Below are positions 34,455-42,050 of a DNA stretch of 42,050 nucleotides, in pieces (positions within the stretch are counted from its first letter, which is position 1; every line of letters starts with the position of its first letter). The stretch lies in assembly GCF_001194135.2 (NCBI RefSeq), contig NC_068988.1:81737872-81779921 (forward strand). The letters run 5' to 3'. This stretch comes from Octopus bimaculoides. Lineage: Eukaryota. A program made the translations under genes and the position numbers. The notes beneath the pieces are model-generated. The model saw nothing but the letters and a program-made list of their open reading frames with translations, was not told the origin of the DNA and did not search any database.

Positions 34455-37400
34455 GTATAACTTGGGTAAAAACCTTGTAATGTGCATATAAGGGCTCTTA
34501 GTTTGTTATTTGGCTACCATATGTTGCCCTACAGTATGATATATTCCACGGCTGGATAGACAAGCAGAACACCTCTTTGCATAAGATTAATATAAGGATA
34601 ATATAGCACAAAGATGAAGGATATCAGACTTTAATAGTAGATCACAACATTTGTTTCTGCACTGCACACCAGTTTTAAGTTACTGAGTTTATAGTCATAT
34701 ACTTTTATAGAAGATCATTCTATCATTCTTTATAATTATTATATAGTTTGATAGTTTTCAGCAACTGCTGTTGCTTATGCTATATTATTCTTTTATATCG
34801 ATATAAAATCTTCTTTATCATCCTGTCAAACCATCCAACCAATATTGGCATGATTGGAAGACAGGATCCAGTAATCCAGAAGACTGTATTGAGCTCCATT
34901 GTCTGTTTTGGCATGGTAACTATAACTGGATACTCTTCTGAACACTAAATATTTTACAGAGTGTACTGGATATGCATATATATCTATATCAATACTTATA
35001 TATGTAACATATATATATATATATATATATANNNNNNNNNNTATATAATAAGAAAATTAAAAGGATTAAACCAGAGAACTTGGATGCTAACATTCCTTTT
35101 TAAGATGTATATATCTTCATAATAATATGTGTGCACACACACATGCCCACTCACACATACCCACATACACATGCCCACACATGCAAAAAAAAGAAAAGGA
35201 TGGTTAACCTTTCATTGCTATATTTCTGTGGAAATATACTTTCTTTGTTTCAATTGATTTTGGAAATAATGAAGAATTTAGTAAAATAACTTGATCATTA
35301 TTAAGAAGTTGGTTTACATTTAGAACTTTTAAATTAGAACTAGAATCAGGGATTGTTTAGGGTAGGTGGGTATACCTTTGTTCAAAAATAATGTTGGAAT
35401 ACATGTAATTAAAGCTAACTTGGAGGTTAAACTACAAAGACAACAACAGGAAATCAAATAAAACTAATTATGTAAACCCAGTTCAGCCCTGAATAAAGGT
35501 ATTTCCACCTATGACTATCCCACCTTTTGTTTTCAGAATTAGATTATCCAACACTTGCTGCACCCTGAACATCTACCTTCCTCCTTCGACCTACTTCGAT
35601 TTGCTTTCTTCTTCACCCATTCTCCCCATTCTCTGTTTTATGAGCTGAAATGTTAGATGCTAACCTCTCCAACCTGAAGATGGAGGCCAGAATAACTGTA
35701 ATGTTTATTATGCATCCATTACTGGTTGCATATCCTTGACTTTTTGCACACTCCATCTGCCAACATTACAACTATTACATAATTCCAAGCCCCCAGAAAC
35801 AGTTGTCAGACCTGAAATACCATGCCTTATCCCCTTGGTTTTCTGTAATTTTTGTACTCCATGTAACTCTCTTCTATGAATATATAAATATCAATATGCT
35901 TATACATAAATATTCATTTGAATGTTTTCAGTTTTAATTCTTTCTTTATACATATATATACCTATATATACATTTATATGTATATATGTTTGTAGTTTAT
36001 ATATCAAGCCCAAACATGTTTACTTGTTTATTTGCATATGTTTCTCCACATCGGCAGGATTCCTCTTATATCCCTCTTTACCCCATGGACTTAGTCCTTG
36101 ATAAAGACTTCATAGTGTAAGTTCAAATAATTTGAGCACTACTATATGTTTTCTATACTGAGCATCTCTGGATCTCACCTGATCACTCTCTATATATGTA
36201 TATGTGTATGTGTATACATATGCACACACAAGCACACACATACATACGCCCATAGACAAAACTACATTCATACACACACACACACACTTGCACACTCTCT
36301 CTCTCTCACACACGCACACACACAAATATATGTATATTAATAAATACATGTATATCAATGTATATATGCACCATTAAATAAATATGTACAAGAGTTGGTA
36401 TATATCATTTATAAGTGTATATGTATATACACACACACACTTACGCACGTACACATGCGTGCACCTGTTTGTATCTCCCTGTGACACCAAACATATATAT
36501 CCACATATATGTAAGCAATATTTAACACGAACATTGTTAAAAACTGATTCCATTTTACATCAGAATGAAATTTTAAAAAAATCTACTTTTTCAAGGAGAA
36601 AAGAAATAAACAAAGTTTAATATCATTAAAATATGACATGAAAATTATTTAAAAAATATTTTATTTACCATACCTTGTAGCAAGAGTAATTTGAACTGAT
36701 CTAATATTGTATAATTTAAATAAGATTTAGTCTCAAAATGAGATTACTGTGCATTGTTGCCAGCCTGTCGAATACAAGTTGTAATAAAGTAGAAGACAAT
36801 GTTACAAAGCTGTATGGACACATATACCTATGCACACATCCATAATACAAATGAACACAAAACACATCCACACACTTATATGAGTATGTATATATGAATA
36901 TATATANNNNNNNNNNNNNNNNNNNNNNNNNNNNNNNNNNNNNNNNNNNNNNNNNNNNNNNNNNNNNNNNNNNNNNNNNNNNNNNNNNNNNNNNNNNNNN
37001 NNNNNNNNNNNNNNNNNNNNNNNNNNNNNNNNNNNNNNNNNNNNNNNNNNNNNNNNNNNNNNNNNNNNNNNNNNNNNNNNNNNNNNNNNNNNNNNNNNNN
37101 NNNNNNNNNNNNNNNNNNNNNNNNNNNNNNNNNNNNNNNNNNNNNNNNNNNNNNNNNNNNNNNNNNNNNNNNNNNNNNNNNNNNNNNNNNNNNNNNNNNN
37201 NNNNNNNNNNNNNNNNNNNNNNNNNNNNNNNNNNNNNNNNNNNNNNNNNNNNNNNNNNNNNNNNNNNNNNNNNNNNNNNNNNNNNNNNNNNNNNNNNNNN
37301 NNNNNNNNNNNNNNNNNNNNNNNNNNNNNNNNNNNNNNNNNNNNNNNNNNNNNNNNNNNNNNNNNNNNNNNNNNNNNNNNNNNNNNNNNNNNNNNNNNNN

Positions 37401-38046
37401 NNNNNNNNNNNNNNNNNNNNNNNNNNNNNNNNNNNNNNNNNNNNNNNNNNNNNNNNNNNNNNNNNNNNNNNNNNNNNNNNNNNNNNNNNNNNNNNNNNNN
37501 NNNNNNNNNNNNNNNNNNNNNNNNNNNNNNNNNNNNNNNNNNNNNNNNNNNNNNNNNNNNNNNNNNNNNNNNNNNNNNNNNNNNNNNNNNNNNNNNNNNN
37601 NNNNNNNNNNNNNNNNNNNNNNNNNNNNNTATGGAAGGCAGTTGTTAAACGATGATGATGATCAATGAATATTCATATGTGAAAACTCTTGACTCAAAAA
37701 GCAAAGTGTTCAGAGATCTGGAGACAACACAATATGAGTTTCATCAAATTTGTTCCAAATGTTTAAATCACAAAGAAATACTCTGAAATAGCTACAAATA
37801 CAGATTTAAAATGTTTAGTTTCAGAAAAGCTATTGAATTAGTAAAAGCAAAGTTTCTTTACAAAAGCATTAAATTTGTAAAATATATTTATAAATAGGCT
37901 GTGTGGTAAGAAATTTACTTCCCAATCACATGCTTCTGGTTTCACTCCCACTGTGTGGCACCTTCAGCAAGTGTCTTCTACTATAGCCTTATGCTGAACA
38001 AAGCCATGTGAGTGGATTTGGTTGATGGAAACTGAAAGAGACCTGT

Positions 38047-38079
<33 letters not shown>

Positions 38080-38285
38080 ATTTCTCTCCTATAAGTGCTT
38101 GATAACTGGTGTTGGTATATTTACATCCCAGCAAATTAGCAGTTTGGCAAAGGAGACTGATAAAATAAGTACCAGGCTTAAAAGGAAAATATGTATTGGG
38201 GGTCAATCAATTCAACTAAAATTCCCCAAGGTGGTACCCAAGGATAGCCACAGTTGAATGACTGAAACAAAAAATGAAAGATATA

Positions 38286-39559
38286 TATTGGGTCATCTCA
38301 CAATTAATGTGTTTTTTTTTTTCAATTGCATGAAATAAAAGTCAGAGGGTTTGGGATAAACTACCTGCATCAACTTGCTATAAAAGCAGGTAGCAATTTT
38401 ACCATGTACTTATTCTTAGTGCAAGTTTTAAAGAGTGCAGTTCGATTTTTACCTTTATTTTTTCAAAGCTATAATGGAAGTGACAAAGAAGCATATTCAG
38501 CATATTTTGCTTTATGAGTTCAATAAAGATAACAACGCAACGACAAGTGCAAGGAATATTAGTGCAGTATATGGGGATCAGACAATAAATACAAGCCGGT
38601 GTCAACGATAGTTCCAGAAATTCCAAGCCAGAAACTACAGGCTAGAAGACGAGCCTCATCCTGGAAGATCTGTAGAGCTTGATGAGGACATCCTACAAAC
38701 CCTGGTGGAACAAAATCCCATTGTAACTGTTGAGGAACTAGTAGAGAAGCTTGGATTTGTTCGTTCACCCATTCATTGACACCTGCGTGCCATCAGAAAT
38801 GTCAGCAAATGGTGTCAATGGGTTCCTCACAAACTTTCCAAGTTTAATAATACACAGAGAGTGAATGTGTGCTCTTCTTTGCTGTCACATCTCAGGAATG
38901 AACCTTTTTTGGATCAAATAGTGACTGGTGATGAGAAATGGGTTCTCTATAAAAATGTCAAGTGCCTAAGACAGTGGGTAGGGAAAGGAGAAACACCAGC
39001 ACCCAAGACTAAAGGTCTTCACCCACGTAAGGTATTGCAATCTGTTTGGTGGGATATGAAAAGTTTAATCCATTTTGAACTTTTAAACCTAAACCAAGCG
39101 ATGACAAAGAAGATCTACTGTGAGCAGCGTGAGCAACTTAAGTCAGCACTAGAAGAAAAACGACTATCTTTGGTTTTAAGATGAAAGGTGTCCTTCCATC
39201 AGGATAATGCTTGGTCACATACAATGAGGATGACATTCCAAAGGCTGGAGCAATTTGAATGAGAAACGATGCTCCACCCACCATGTTTGCCAGGCATTTA
39301 TTTATTCTGCAGTCTTCAAAATCATTTGGATGGAAAAAATATGTATTCTATAGACGAGGTTAGAACAGTATTGGAAAAGTATTTTTTGTCATGGACAAGT
39401 GAATTTTGGAAGAGGGGCCTTGCAAGTCTACCAGATAGATGGAAGATCCTTGTAGGAAATGAAGGAGAGTGTGTTTTAGATTAAAAAGAACTTTGTCTAT
39501 CTTAATTTAAAAAAATAAAAGAAGTGTAAAAAACTGCATTATTTATGGGATGGCCCATA
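38286..39559 (+). mobile_element. Near full-length mariner (DD34D-type) with pseudogenised transposase 38474-39484
   Basis: TIRs TATTGGGTCATCTCACAATTAATG and CATTATTTATGGGATGGCCCATA. Motifs WVPHKL, IVTGDEKWVLY, HQDNA, HPPCLPGI. Several stops. Confidence 0.92.
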
Positions 39560-42050
39560 TATAAATATATATGTACTTTTGTTTATAGAGCAGGTATAAA
39601 GGTATATCTCCTTACCAGTCCCTCTAACAAGTGCTGCAAAACTAACTGAAATGGATCTAATAATATGGTAGTGTNNNNNNNNNNNNNNNNNNNNNNNNNN
39701 NNNNNNNNNNNNNNNNNNNNNNNNNNNNNNNNNNNNNNNNNNNNNNNNNNNNNNNNNNNNNNNNNNNNNNNNNNNNNNNNNNNNNNNNNNNNNNNNNNNN
39801 NNNNNNNNNNNNNNNNNNNNNNNNNNNNNNNNNNNNNNNNNNNNNNNNNNNNNNNNNNNNNNNNNNNNATATATATGAATATGAATATAAGATCCAAGGA
39901 TCAAGGTGTAGGAAGAAATTTAGCTTCGAGCAATTCACAATAAATATAAAAAACAACTTCCAGGGACAATAGTGGTTTATTGTGACAGAAAGTTGTGGAT
40001 ATATTTCGTATCAAATTGAAAATAGTTCTTTTATATTTTACAGTAGGTGACCAGGGTTCTTTGCATTTATACTCTTGACTCCTACCATGCTCTGTTCACA
40101 TTCTGATTGTATCTTCCATGTGTTAACATGTACCTCTTTGTGACAATATAAACTTCCATTTAATTAAGATATCCTTGGCCTGAAGAGTAGCCAGCTGTAT
40201 ACACCTCACTTCGATATTTACCACTTCCGAGGTTCCACTCATTATGAAACATATGTAACCTGTACTCCATTCCTTAAATCTTATATATTTATATCAAAAG
40301 GATGTGTTATAATACTATTCCACATATATATAAATACTGTCTGGCATAAGAAACTAAGGCAACATGTAACTCAATAAATACAACTTCAACTATACGTGTT
40401 GAGTGCTACTTCCATTTGTTTGTTCACACACTTATGAGTGGGTGTATATCTGTGCGTGCATGTGTATATATGCATATGTGTATATACAAAAATAACACAA
40501 AATGTAGTTTGTATTAATGTTTCATATAAGGAACATGTATCTCTAGAGATTGACAGACATTAGTGATGTGACTGAGATTTTATTCTCACATGATTGATCA
40601 CTGTCAATCATATGAAACATGTGTATTAATAATATATAAAACAGTAATATCCAATACATTTTCTGTGTTCCTTTTCTCTACATGGTACATAAACTCCACA
40701 TTGTAGCTCTGTTTGTTGGTGTAGCTCTCCGGCTTGTCAGATCTGATCATGCTGTCCAATCCATACCAGCATGGAAAACAGATGTAAAAAAGGATGATGA
40801 TGATATACATATGCACACACGTGAACACATATATTATTTTGAAATTCTCTTGCCCATCAGTCAACAGCTGATGAAAGAGTATGGTGAGTACGTTTGTATC
40901 TTGTCCTGTGTGTTTTACCTGTTGTCCATGCTTAATTAATTTTTACACTACATTTAAGTTAACTTCTCAGTGACCAACTCAACTTTTTATGACATCTCTC
41001 TCTCCCTCCCCCCCTCTCTCTCTCTGTCAGTCTGCACTGGTTTTTTCTCTGTTGTCCTGTTTTTACGTTCTTTGGTATATTTGCAGAATTTCAAATTTAA
41101 ATGTGATATATTTATGTCTACTTGATACACATGCCATAGATGAGAGATAATTTGCATGTCTAAAACAGTTTGTGACACTAGTGAAAGCTTGGTAGCAAAT
41201 GAACAAAGTTCTCAACAGAGGTGTAAAAAAAAAAACAATAAATTCCAGTTCGTTGAGACAAAAAGTTGATTTTTTTCTAATTTCTAAATAGATGGCATTA
41301 CTGCACTTTTGCTGTTAGTATGCAAACTGCACAACAGCGAGGTCAGTGTAGTGGAGTAATTGTAACTGTGTTTATATCAATATTATTAGTTAAGTCAAAC
41401 ATCTTATAGTATAGAAAACATTTGCAATTATTCAGTAATGAAATAACAGTCTTCATAAGGGGCTGGTTTCTGTTAATCCTATGAAAACCACAGCCACAAT
41501 TTCTCACCTATCATCACAGAAGAAATACGTTATTTGCTATAAAAAAAATATCTGCAACATACATACATACAATGCTGCAGCTTACACACACATTTATATA
41601 TGTGATTGTGTTTATATGAATGTGGTATGAGAACCAGTACATTCAAACAGAAACGGCTGTCTTGGAATAGTTAAGTCTCTTTATGCCTTTGATAGCTCTC
41701 CCTTTCATATCTTACAAGAGTGATGAAACAAATAACCGAAATAAGTAATGGGATCAATACAATCGACTAAAACCCTTGAATGCCCTCCTGCAGCACTGTT
41801 GCAGTCCAGTGATTGGAACCATTAAAAGAATAAAAGAACAGCATCTTCATACATCAAATAATCCATTATGAGAGAGGTATGTTGCTGTATTGTATCAGGC
41901 ATTTGAGGTTATTTCTTTCATGGCCACCTCTGCATCTTTTCATGGCTTTTGTGTAATAATAGATAAATACATACGTACTGTCATACACCATACATAAATT
42001 ACCTTGCATTACAAATGTACACTTTGTGGGAGAGATTGTATATATATATA

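Noticed and set aside
35669-35812. CTGAAGA ... GAAACAGTTGTC hammerhead-like pair
   Set aside because: About 115 nt apart with no stem I complementarity.

Overview
AT-rich eukaryotic repeat-dense DNA with 13 N gaps, many microsatellites and no recognisable intact host gene. The SINE families and the GC-rich divergent 18S fragment suggest an octopus or other coleoid cephalopod (inference, not verified). Contents: decayed Tc1/mariner transposons and MITEs, tRNA-derived SINEs, RTE-clade LINE fragments, two different Penelope-like element (PLE) GIY-YIG remnants, and an 18S rRNA 3' fragment. Most ORF-track entries are microsatellite or N-gap artefacts. Highlights: (1) two minimal hammerhead-ribozyme motifs, one sense-strand and about 400 nt downstream of a PLE ORF; (2) a tRNA-SINE head fused to an 18S fragment, nested inside a long-TIR mariner; (3) an unassigned ~320-nt segment that folds almost entirely into hairpins, including a ~140-nt rod; (4) a cluster of fold-back/inverted repeats between 18 and 34 kb. 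All alignments and folds were done by eye.
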